This document shows positions 18,696 through 27,420 of a DNA stretch of 64,000 nt, piece by piece (the stretch's first letter is position 1; each line of letters begins with the position of its first letter). The DNA is from Candidatus Saccharimonadota bacterium. Its GTDB lineage: Bacteria; Patescibacteriota; Saccharimonadia; Saccharimonadales; SZUA-47. The notes under the pieces were generated by a model. The model searched no databases. It was not told where the DNA came from and saw only the letters and a list, made by a program, of their open reading frames with translations. A program made the position numbers and the translations under genes. Location: assembly GCA_016700315.1 (NCBI GenBank), contig CP065013.1:705449-769448 (forward strand), in the 5' to 3' direction.

Positions 18696-19373
18696 ATGGA
18701 TAAAATTTCATTACAGGCAGAATCACGAACGGTTTTAGGCAAAAAAGTCAAAGTTATGCGTCGAGAAGGCCGAGTGCCGGCTGTTATTCATGAACGCGGC
18801 AAAGACTCAATTCATATTTCAGCTCTTGCGGCTGACCTGACCAAGGTATGGCGAGAAGCCGGCAAAAACCATATCGTTGATTTGCTAGTTGATGGCAAAA
18901 GCAAGGCAGTGATGTTCAAGGACGTTAGTCGTGACCCAGCGCGCGGTACAATCAACCATGCTGCTCTCTATGCTATCAAGCAAAACGAAGCCGTTACGAC
19001 CGAAGTGCCAGTGAAAATTGTTGGCGAAATACCAGCCGAAAAAGCTAGTTGGTATGTATCTCGCCAACTAGATACTGTTGAAATTAAGGCTCTACCTGCA
19101 GACTTGCCAGAAGTGCTAGAAGTCGATGGATCGACTTTGATAAATGTTGGAGATCTTTTGAAGGTTTCGGACATAAAGCTGTCGGCCAATGTAGAAATCT
19201 TGACCGATACTGGTCGGGTTATAGCGGTAGTTGAAGACCCAGCCGTCAAAGCTGCCCAAGCTGAAGCAGAAGCAGCTGCCAACGCCGAAGCAAGTGCGAC
19301 TGAAGTACCTTCGGACAATGGTGGAATTGAAGCGACTGAAGCGCCAGCAGACAACGATAAAAAACCAGAATAG
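18696..19373 (+). CDS. rplY: 50S ribosomal protein L25 / general stress protein Ctc form
   Basis: 225 aa. N-terminal L25 fold pattern (R...GK...R.R..G.VPAV.Y) with an acidic Ala-rich C-terminal tail. Confidence 0.9.
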   Translation: MDKISLQAESRTVLGKKVKVMRREGRVPAVIHERGKDSIHISALAADLTKVWREAGKNHIVDLLVDGKSKAVMFKDVSRDPARGTINHAALYAIKQNEAVTTEVPVKIVGEIPAEKASWYVSRQLDTVEIKALPADLPEVLEVDGSTLINVGDLLKVSDIKLSANVEILTDTGRVIAVVEDPAVKAAQAEAEAAANAEASATEVPSDNGGIEATEAPADNDKKPE

Positions 19374-19422
19374 TGTATTTGCTCTATTTTGAAGTTAGAC
19401 AGATTTGTTCGCTAAGTCGAAG

Positions 19423-19459
19423 AAAAATAGAGCCCATTTTACTCCGGGGCTCTATTTTT
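19423..19459. terminator. bidirectional intrinsic terminator between convergent rplY and the ABC exporter gene
   Basis: AAAAATAGAGCCC - loop - GGGCTCTATTTTT, an A-tract/T-tract flanked stem. Confidence 0.6.
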
Positions 19460-19471
19460 ATCTTAGCAAGC

Positions 19472-21262
19472 CTATTCCTGTATGAAGCCGCCAGACTGGT
19501 GTGACCATAGTCGAGCGTAAAGGCCGTTCTTTTTCTTTTTGAGGGTTTCGTGATTACCTTCTTCTACGATCTTGCCGTCTTCGAGGACTACGATTCTGTC
19601 TAAACTAGCGATAGTGCTTAAACGATGAGCAATGACAATCGCGGTTTTGCCTATCAGTAGATCTTTGAGGGCTGCTTGAATCAGCGCTTCGCTTTCGCTG
19701 TCTAGAGCGCTGGTTGCTTCGTCTAGAATTACTATCGGTGCGTCTTTTAGCATAGCTCTAGCTATAGCAATTCGTTGTTTCTGGCCGCCAGAAAGCTTGA
19801 CACCACGCTCGCCGACAAGTGTATCGTAACCATCCGATAGTTTTTCGATAAACTCATGCGCATTGGCCTTTTTTGCGGCCGCAATCACAGCTTGCTGGTC
19901 AATTTTGCTTTGTCCGTAAGCGATGTTTTCGGTGATTGTACGATGAAAAAGCAAAGGTTCTTGGGGGACATATGTGATCGATTTTCTTAGATCTGCTTGT
20001 GTCATTTTGGTTGTCGAAAAGCCGTCAATCAGAATCTCGCCCTGATTAATATCCATATAACGCAAAAGTAGTTTAGTGATACTTGTTTTTCCACCTCCCG
20101 ATGGGCCGACTAGACCGATTTTTTCGCCCGACTTTATACTTAGGTTAAAGTCCTTGAACAGATAATCGTCTAAACTGCTACCTGGATACCTAAAGCCGAC
20201 TTTGCGCAGTTCTACTTTGCCGCTAGTTGCCCGAAAGGCTGATGCATGATCCGAGTCAGAAATTTCAGGCTCAACTTGCATAATCTCTGCCATGTCATGC
20301 GAGTCGCCAAATACCCTGGTAAACTGTCTAAAAGTGTTATTGAGATCCCAGAGACGGCGCATAATACCCATAATATAGCTCGAAACCAGGTATACCAGGC
20401 CAATTTCGATCTTACCTCTAGCAGCCAAGGCTAGGGATGCAATAATAGCAATGATGTTGATACTGCGCTGCAGTGATCCACTGACAAGTTCCTGACGCAT
20501 AGCGATCTTCATGGTTTCCATCGATCTACTAAATACTTCGTCTGCGCGCTGCTGCATTCTGGCAACCTCGAAGTCCTCGCCGCTGAATGCCTTTACAGCC
20601 TGGATATTGGTGATGGCATCAGCAATCTGGCCAGTGCGCTTGGTGTCGGCAGAAGCCCAGCGTTTGTTGAATGGTAGCTGCCGACGGCGGTATGTCCAAA
20701 TTACCGGCACATAAATGAAGATCAGTACCCAGAGGGCGATGATTATTACCTGTGATTTGGGCGCAATAATCACGGAGGTTGCGGTAAGTGCCACGATTAG
20801 TTTGAATACGTTCCAGGTTAACGGGTCGGTTAGCCTTTCAAAACTACCGACGAACTTGTTGGTTTGACTAACTAGTGATCCCGCAAAACGGTCGGAAAAA
20901 AAGCGGTAGCTCATTGTCTGCAAGTGTTTAAAAACACTCATATTGAGGTCGCGCATTATCGATTCTTGGGTACGCCAAAAAGTTGGAACTATCACACGGT
21001 TCCACATTAGGTGCCCAAAAACATCTAGTGCAGCTACAGCCAAAAAGATTTTAGCCAAGTAACTGTTGGTTAAGCTATTGCCTTGGCCTAAGGCAATTTG
21101 GTTAAGTAGGCCACTGATGATTAACGGTTGGATGAAATCCTCGGCTACTTGCGCGGCTACCATACTCGGATAAATGATCCACATCTGGCGTTTGTATTTT
21201 CGGGCATGCTGCCAGTAGATAGCAAGAGTTTGCTTGGCAGTTGAGTCGGTACGTTTTTTCAT
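19472..21262 (-). CDS. ABC exporter, fused permease/ATPase (MsbA/multidrug type)
   Basis: 596 aa. Six-TM N-terminal domain, Walker A GPSGGGKTS, signature LSGGQKQR, Walker B ILDEATSALD. Confidence 0.9.
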   Translation of the reverse strand: MKKRTDSTAKQTLAIYWQHARKYKRQMWIIYPSMVAAQVAEDFIQPLIISGLLNQIALGQGNSLTNSYLAKIFLAVAALDVFGHLMWNRVIVPTFWRTQESIMRDLNMSVFKHLQTMSYRFFSDRFAGSLVSQTNKFVGSFERLTDPLTWNVFKLIVALTATSVIIAPKSQVIIIALWVLIFIYVPVIWTYRRRQLPFNKRWASADTKRTGQIADAITNIQAVKAFSGEDFEVARMQQRADEVFSRSMETMKIAMRQELVSGSLQRSINIIAIIASLALAARGKIEIGLVYLVSSYIMGIMRRLWDLNNTFRQFTRVFGDSHDMAEIMQVEPEISDSDHASAFRATSGKVELRKVGFRYPGSSLDDYLFKDFNLSIKSGEKIGLVGPSGGGKTSITKLLLRYMDINQGEILIDGFSTTKMTQADLRKSITYVPQEPLLFHRTITENIAYGQSKIDQQAVIAAAKKANAHEFIEKLSDGYDTLVGERGVKLSGGQKQRIAIARAMLKDAPIVILDEATSALDSESEALIQAALKDLLIGKTAIVIAHRLSTIASLDRIVVLEDGKIVEEGNHETLKKKKNGLYARLWSHQSGGFIQE

Positions 21263-21448
21263 AGCAAGCTCCTCCTAATAGGCCTGCTTAATTATTAATA
21301 TGTTAGATAGTTTTTGTTTTTTTGCTTATCATTACTTGCCTCGATAAGCTAAGTTTTTGGCCGCCTCATTATTTTGTAAATATGTCTACAATTTTACATC
21401 TATAAAATTGCGATGTCAAGACTTTTTAAGAGGTGTATAATACTAAGG

Positions 21449-22306
21449 ATGAATACTAAAGAGCAAAAGATTATTCTCTATTATAAATTCACTCCCGTTA
21501 AAGACCCAGAGATGACAATGCGCTGGCAGCGGGAGCTGTGTCTACGGTTGGGGCTTAAAGGTAGAATTTTGATAAGTCCTCATGGTATCAACGGTACGTT
21601 AGGTGGCGAAGTTGAAAGTCTTAAGTCATACAAAAAAGCCATGAACGAATCAGTTATTTTCCGGGGTATTACTTACAAATGGAGCCAGGGCGGACTGGAA
21701 GATTTTCCAAAGCTGAAGGTCAAAGTAAAACCTGAAATTGTGGCATTTGATGCCGCCGACGAGATAGTGGTGAGCGAAAATGGTATCGAAAACGGCGGTA
21801 AACACCTCAAGCCAGCCCAAGTTCACAAGCTGATAGAGGAAAGAGGCGACGACGTCATATTTTATGATGGACGCAACAAATACGAAGCTCAGATTGGTCG
21901 CTTCAAAAACACTATTGTGCCCGACACCGTCACAAGCCGAGACTTCAAAAATGACCTCGAAAATGGAGAAATAGCCAATTACAAAAATAAGCCGATAGTT
22001 ACTTATTGTACGGGCGGAATCCGCTGCGAAATCTTGAGTGCTATGATGAAGAATCGCGGCTTTAAAGAGGTCTATCAGATCGATGGCGGCATAGTGAAGT
22101 ACGGCGAAAAGTTTGGCGACGATGGTCTATGGGAAGGCAAACTTTTTGTTTTTGACGACCGTATGAAAATGGGTTTTAGCCCAAAGGCCAAAGACATAGC
22201 TAGTTGCGAAACGTGTGGTGCCAAGACCAGTAATCAGGTTAACTCTACCAATATCCGCCGCAAACTACATGTAATTTGTGAAGATTGCACAAGTAAAGTC
22301 GCTTAA
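21449..22306 (+). CDS. trhO: rhodanese-domain protein of the TrhO/YceA (UPF0176) family
   Basis: I prefer the ATG at 21449, because TATAAT at 21436-21441 lies inside the longer ORF call. ILYYKF...ISPHGINGTLGG N-domain, rhodanese Cys loop YCTGGIRCE, C-terminal Cys cluster. Confidence 0.8.
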   Translation: MNTKEQKIILYYKFTPVKDPEMTMRWQRELCLRLGLKGRILISPHGINGTLGGEVESLKSYKKAMNESVIFRGITYKWSQGGLEDFPKLKVKVKPEIVAFDAADEIVVSENGIENGGKHLKPAQVHKLIEERGDDVIFYDGRNKYEAQIGRFKNTIVPDTVTSRDFKNDLENGEIANYKNKPIVTYCTGGIRCEILSAMMKNRGFKEVYQIDGGIVKYGEKFGDDGLWEGKLFVFDDRMKMGFSPKAKDIASCETCGAKTSNQVNSTNIRRKLHVICEDCTSKVA

Positions 22307-22405
22307 TAACTATCAGGCCGTCAAATTATTGCTGATTAGTTAATATAGTTATAGAATACCAATAATTGGCTAAAACAAACTCAACTCAGCCATTAAGGAG
22401 TAAAA

Positions 22406-22844
22406 ATGGGGATGATAAATTCACTAAGTAGCAAAAAGTTTTCTGTAGGCGCGGCTGCTACTTTAGGTCTTGGCTTGTGGGGGGGGTAGTGCTTATGAAA
22501 GGGGTGGCGAGTATCTGGAGCGTGTGCCAGTAGTTATGGTGGCGGATGCTCATGACATAGTCGTTATTAATCTAGGCAGAGCAATAGTTGGTCTCGGCAA
22601 ATTTGTAGATAGCGCACTTACTGGCAATGGCAATGATGAAGACACTAAAAAAGCTGTTGGCCATAAGCCTTCCAACGGTAAGGATAGCGGATTACAGACA
22701 CCAGAAATTGGCGAAAACTGGATTAATTTTTTGCAAACTGATTTCGGTATGTCGCGAAGTAAAGCCCTAAAATGCTACAGGGCAAATAAATTGGCGAGTA
22801 AGGTGCTCGTTTTTGGTGAGCAGTACGATAATCCATGCAATTGA
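22406..22844 (+). pseudogene. small secreted/membrane protein gene split by a G8 tract (frameshifted or phase-variable)
   Basis: An AAGGAG Shine-Dalgarno sequence and the ATG at 22406 encode MGMINSLSSKKFSVGAAATLGLGLWGG, stopping at 22487. The 124-aa ORF continues in the +1 frame from the same G run. Loss of one G would fuse the two. Confidence 0.5.
22479..22486 (+). repeat. homopolymeric G8 tract
   Basis: Read directly: tgtGGGGGGGGtag. Confidence 0.95.
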
Positions 22845-22871
22845 AAACTAAATAAACTATATAATATTGTC

Positions 22872-24491
22872 ATGCCAAGCCATGCGCTATTAGAAAAGTT
22901 CAAAACGTTACCCGCTAGCAGCGGAGTATACTTCCATAAGTCGGCAAGTGGAGAAGTTATATATGTCGGCAAAGCGGCGGTGCTTAAAAATAGAGTCAGA
23001 CAGTACTTCCAAAATTCCAGAAACCGTGATCCGAAAACCGAAGCACTAGTCTTGGAGATTACTGATACAGACTGGATTGAGACGCAGAGCGAGATCGATG
23101 CACTCTTTTTAGAAGCAGAGATGATTAGGCGCTATATGCCGCGCTACAACATATTACTGCGCGATGATAAATCTCTTAGCTACGTTAGAATCGATCATAA
23201 ATCAGAAGTGCCTACTGTTGCGTTCACTAGGCGTCCATTAGACGACGGTGCAGAGTATATCGGTCCGTTTGTGAACGGTTGGGCGGTACGAAGGGCACTT
23301 AAATATCTGCGGAGGGTATTTCCCTATTTCGGCAAACAGTCATCAGTAAACAGTTATCAACTAAAAAGTAAATTGCCCGAGCAGATCGGCCTAGAACCAA
23401 AAGTGAGTAGCCCCGAAGAGATTAAACAGTACAAAGCTAATCTCAAAATGCTTGCAAAGTATATGCGAGGAGAAAAGGTTGACCTAACTAAGCAGCTTGA
23501 GCGGGAAATGAAGCTTGCAGCCCGCGAACAACGTTTTGAGGAAGCTGCGTATTATCGAAACCGTTTGAGTGCTATGAAAGGCTTAGGCAAACAAATTATT
23601 TTTTCTGATCGAGAGTTTCTGGATTTATCAAAAGACGAAGGCCTCAATGGGCTGGCTAGTTTGCTCGGTTTACAGAAGCCACCACGTCGAATCGAGGGTT
23701 TTGATATTTCTCATATGAGCGGCACAGACACTGTCGCGAGTATGGTCGTGTTTGAGCAGGGCATTCCAAATAAGGCGGCTTACAGAAAATTCAAAATGAG
23801 ACTGCCGGGAAACGACGATTTTGCTCACATGCGCGAAGTTATAACTAGAAGACTTAGCGAAAAACATGTCAAAGATTGGGGCTTGCCGAACCTATTGCTG
23901 ATTGATGGTGGTAAGGGGCAATTGGCCGCCGCCCTAGAGGCTCGCGAAACATTAATAAATAATACCATAACACATCTTAAAGTTAATCCATCAACCCAAA
24001 ATAACAGAGACAAAACTACTTTCCAAGGACTATCCTTGGAGTTTAGTCAAGTGCCGATGATTGGGCTTGCTAAGAAAGAAGAAGAGATTGTCATAAAGAA
24101 ACAAGATGAAAGATTAGGGATTGACGAAGAACAGCTGATATTAAAGGCAAGGGCTATGCGAGCTCTGGTTCGGGAAACAGAAGATTTTATTATGATTGGT
24201 CTACCCCATGAATCGCATATCGTTAAGCTCTTGCAGCGGATCCGCGATGAAAGTCATCGTTTTGCCGTTTCATATCATTCAACACTCAAGCGCTCGCGGC
24301 AGACCAGAAGCTGGCTAGAGGAAGTGCCAGGCATTGGCCCGACCCTAAAGAAAAAGCTTATCAAAGAATTTGGATCGGCAAGAGGAGTGGAACAGGCTCG
24401 AGATTTTGAGCTAGACAAAATCTTAGGTGAAAAACGTGCCTCGATACTAAAACAATATATGCGAGCAAACCGAAAGCTTGACAGTAAATGA
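22872..24491 (+). CDS. uvrC: excinuclease ABC subunit C
   Basis: 539 aa. GIY-YIG N-terminus (GVYFHK...GEVIYVGKA...L..R), UvrB-interacting region, Endo V-like domain (IEGFDISH) and C-terminal HhH. TATAAT at 22860-22865 lies 6 nt before the ATG. Confidence 0.93.
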   Translation: MPSHALLEKFKTLPASSGVYFHKSASGEVIYVGKAAVLKNRVRQYFQNSRNRDPKTEALVLEITDTDWIETQSEIDALFLEAEMIRRYMPRYNILLRDDKSLSYVRIDHKSEVPTVAFTRRPLDDGAEYIGPFVNGWAVRRALKYLRRVFPYFGKQSSVNSYQLKSKLPEQIGLEPKVSSPEEIKQYKANLKMLAKYMRGEKVDLTKQLEREMKLAAREQRFEEAAYYRNRLSAMKGLGKQIIFSDREFLDLSKDEGLNGLASLLGLQKPPRRIEGFDISHMSGTDTVASMVVFEQGIPNKAAYRKFKMRLPGNDDFAHMREVITRRLSEKHVKDWGLPNLLLIDGGKGQLAAALEARETLINNTITHLKVNPSTQNNRDKTTFQGLSLEFSQVPMIGLAKKEEEIVIKKQDERLGIDEEQLILKARAMRALVRETEDFIMIGLPHESHIVKLLQRIRDESHRFAVSYHSTLKRSRQTRSWLEEVPGIGPTLKKKLIKEFGSARGVEQARDFELDKILGEKRASILKQYMRANRKLDSK

Positions 24492-24690
24492 AAACTAAAT
24501 ATAATTAATACAAACTATGATCAACTTAACGTATAGACAAATATCTCGCAAAAATGCTCCGTATTACGATACGGTAGATCGCTATTAATGCCTCGTTGCT
24601 AATAAAAATCAAAGTATTTTTTTATATCTGATCTTTGATCTGGCACTTATTAAGATTTAATAACTAATCTTAAATCGAGGTGTATATACT

Positions 24691-25503
24691 ATGAAAAGTA
24701 TTGAAACTATTGGTATTGCTGGCTTTGGTCCTATGGGTCAACTAATGAAGCAGCACATGTTACCAAATGCAAAAATATTAATATCTGACCCCGGACTACC
24801 AAAAAGCAAGGATAATGTATTGGCGATAAACCTTAGTGCCTGTGATGCAGTGCTACTAACAGTTCCTGCACAAAATTTACAAGGTGTACTAAAAGATGTA
24901 ATCGTTCCTCCTAAAGTAAAAAGTTCGTGGGACGAGATCGACCCGTCAATTAAAGCGGGCTGGGTTGACCCTTTAATTATCGATGCCTGTTCTGTAAAAA
25001 TGTTCCCAGAGAAGGTTGTGGAAACGATAGATCCTGACTTTCCGCAACTCTTGCATTGTCACCCACTGTTTGGGCCACAAAGTACTAAGGATGGATTAGA
25101 GGGTAAAACAGTAATTGTTACCAAGAAACAAGGTGAGAAAGCTGAAGCAATTCTCGATTTCTGGCAAAACGAAAGAGGCCTAGACATAGTCGAAATGACT
25201 GCTGAAGAACATGACCGTGAGATGGCAAAAATTCAAGCTGTAACGTTTGTTTTGGGCAGATTGGCGAATCAGGCTGGCTTAGGGCAGCTTAAAGATTCAG
25301 CTCTCGCAACATTTTCGAGCTCTATCGCAGGAGAGCTAGCTTTACTTGATGCCGCTCACAGTGAGGCTTTACTAGAAACCATAGTAGCTTTTAATCCCTT
25401 TGTGAAAACAGAAATCTTGAAACTTGAACAATCTTTATGGCAACTAGAGTCATTATGTATGAAAGGGGGCATGGCACTAGCGGGTGTGGGCTTGCTATTA
25501 TAA
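24691..25503 (+). CDS. prephenate/arogenate dehydrogenase-family protein
   Basis: 270 aa. Rossmann GIAGFGPMG, DACSVK and HPLFGPQS blocks typical of the TyrA family. Confidence 0.65.
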   Translation: MKSIETIGIAGFGPMGQLMKQHMLPNAKILISDPGLPKSKDNVLAINLSACDAVLLTVPAQNLQGVLKDVIVPPKVKSSWDEIDPSIKAGWVDPLIIDACSVKMFPEKVVETIDPDFPQLLHCHPLFGPQSTKDGLEGKTVIVTKKQGEKAEAILDFWQNERGLDIVEMTAEEHDREMAKIQAVTFVLGRLANQAGLGQLKDSALATFSSSIAGELALLDAAHSEALLETIVAFNPFVKTEILKLEQSLWQLESLCMKGGMALAGVGLLL

Positions 25504-25508
25504 ACTAG

Positions 25509-26696
25509 ATGAAATTTAGTGCGAAGTTTTTTGTCGCAAACCGGCAGCGCCTATGTAAGGTGCTACCCGGTTCTGCGATAGTTGTAGCGGCCAACGGGCA
25601 GTTGCAGCGTTCGGCAGATACACCATTTGTTTTTCGGCAAGATAGCAACTTCTGGTATTTAACAGGGATTACTGAGCCAGATCTGATCTTGTACATAGAT
25701 CAAGACGCTGAAGAATATATTGTACTACCTGATCGAGACGATCACAGAAACCTTTGGGACGGCGAAGTAAACACTCGAAGTTACGAAGAAGTTAGCGGCA
25801 TCAAGAACTACATTTCGAGCAAACAGTTTAGCGAAAAATTAGAACAATTAAAACTCGCTAAGATAAAGGTTGCTAGACCTAGTCCGCCAGATCCTTACTT
25901 AAGTACCTACGGGATGTTTACTAACCCGGCCCGCGCCATTTTAGAAAAACGCTTAATAAAAGCAGGCGTCAAAAGAGTTGATTGCCGCATGGACTTAGCC
26001 CGGCTACGCTCAGTTAAGCAAAAAATAGAATTAGAGGCCATTCAGCAAGCTATAGACATAACGATCGAAAGCCTAAAATCTTTAAAGAAAAAATTGTCAT
26101 CACAAAAATCAGAGCTGGAGCTCAGCAACTACTTGTTGGCAGAGTTCTTGAAACGTGGAGCAAATGGAGTTGCTTTCGAATCGGTCATAGCGAGCGCCAA
26201 AAATGCGGCGACTATCCATCATCGTGCTTCTGACCAATCGGTAAAAAATGACAATCTTCTGCTATTGGATGTCGGTGCAGAGTTCTCGAATTACGCGGCC
26301 GACATTTCGCGGACTTGGGTGATTGGTGAGGTGTCTGCCAAGCAAGTCAAGTGTGTAGCGGCCGTAAAAGAAGTGCAGGATTTTGCTTTTAGTCTATTAA
26401 GACCGGGGATGTATCTCAGAGATTACGCTAGTCAAGTTAGAAAGTTTGCGGCTGATTGTTACAAGCAAAACCGGCTAATTGAGCATAAACAACAGATTGA
26501 CGAAGTATTGCCGCACGCCATAAGTCATTTTCTAGGGTTAGATGTGCACGATGCAGGTGATTACGAACGTCCTCTGGAGGAAAATATGGTTTTGACGATA
26601 GAGCCAGGAATTTACTTGCCTGCCGAAAGGATCGGCGTAAGAATCGAAGACGACGTGCTGATTACGAAGACTGGTGCCAGGTGGCTTAGCAAATGA
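25509..26696 (+). CDS. Xaa-Pro aminopeptidase (M24B)
   Basis: 395 aa. N-terminal creatinase-like domain (FRQDSNFWYLTG) and pita-bread metal ligands (DVGAEF..YAADISRT, HFLGLDVHD, TIEPG, RIEDDV). Confidence 0.85.
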   Translation: MKFSAKFFVANRQRLCKVLPGSAIVVAANGQLQRSADTPFVFRQDSNFWYLTGITEPDLILYIDQDAEEYIVLPDRDDHRNLWDGEVNTRSYEEVSGIKNYISSKQFSEKLEQLKLAKIKVARPSPPDPYLSTYGMFTNPARAILEKRLIKAGVKRVDCRMDLARLRSVKQKIELEAIQQAIDITIESLKSLKKKLSSQKSELELSNYLLAEFLKRGANGVAFESVIASAKNAATIHHRASDQSVKNDNLLLLDVGAEFSNYAADISRTWVIGEVSAKQVKCVAAVKEVQDFAFSLLRPGMYLRDYASQVRKFAADCYKQNRLIEHKQQIDEVLPHAISHFLGLDVHDAGDYERPLEENMVLTIEPGIYLPAERIGVRIEDDVLITKTGARWLSK

Positions 26697-26767
26697 AGGG
26701 TTAAATGTTTATAGTTTATGGTCGCTAGTAAGGTAACTTCTAATGCTCAATACATAAGTAGCTTTAG

Positions 26768-26799
26768 TACTTTCTACTTTCCACTTTCTACTTTATACT
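26768..26799 (+). promoter_or_regulatory. tandem heptamer array (TACTTTC TACTTTC CACTTTC TACTTTA TACT) ending in a TATACT -10, 8 nt from the ATG
   Basis: Read directly. Paralogous to 7742-7773. Confidence 0.45.
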
Positions 26800-26807
26800 A
26801 ATAGTTA

Positions 26808-27179
26808 ATGAACAGGTTTGGTAAATTTGCTTTGCGCTGGTTGGTTTGCAGTCTGGGTTTGTGGATTGCGGCTAATCTGTTGGGCGGTGACCGGATTAAC
26901 TATCAGGACAGCTTTCGGGTGATGATGACTGCTGGGCTAGTTTTGGCCCTGATAAATACCTTTATCAAGCCTCTGATTGTTTTTTTGAGTCTGCCGGCAG
27001 TTCTCCTTACTCTGGGTATTTTTATGGTTGTGATAAACGGCCTCACAGTGATGTTGGCTGCTCATTTTTACTCAAGGCTAGAAGTTGCTGATTTTGTTAG
27101 TGCAATGCTGGCTGGAGTTGTAATAGGATTAGTAAACTTTTTTGTAACCGGGTTAATTGAGGAGGAAAAATATGAGTAA
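26808..27179 (+). CDS. small 4-TM membrane protein (DUF360 / holin family IV-like)
   Basis: 123 aa. Pattern ...NTFIKPLIVFLSLP...LTLGIF..VING... typical of the YvlD/DUF360 family. Confidence 0.65.
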   Translation: MNRFGKFALRWLVCSLGLWIAANLLGGDRINYQDSFRVMMTAGLVLALINTFIKPLIVFLSLPAVLLTLGIFMVVINGLTVMLAAHFYSRLEVADFVSAMLAGVVIGLVNFFVTGLIEEEKYE

Positions 27180-27387
27180 ATGGTTTGTAATTAGTGTTGT
27201 ATCAGGGCTTTTGATGATTGTCTTAATTTTGCTACAAACAAGAGGCGCCAGTCTGGGCGCTGGACTTGGCGGCGGCGGCGAAGTCAACACCGTTAGGCGC
27301 GGTTCCGAGGCATCAATCTTCAAGTTAACGATAATCCTTGCAGTTATTTTTGTGTTTTGCATCTTAGCAGGAATTGTTACTTCCTAA
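27172..27387 (+). CDS. secG: preprotein translocase subunit SecG
   Basis: I prefer the ATG at 27172 with a GGAGGA Shine-Dalgarno sequence. 71 aa, two TM segments flanking a Gly-rich loop (LLQTRGASLGAGLGGGG). Confidence 0.75.
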   Translation: MSKWFVISVVSGLLMIVLILLQTRGASLGAGLGGGGEVNTVRRGSEASIFKLTIILAVIFVFCILAGIVTS

Positions 27388-27420
27388 GATTAGTCTGGGT
27401 GGGATCTATTATAACGATTT

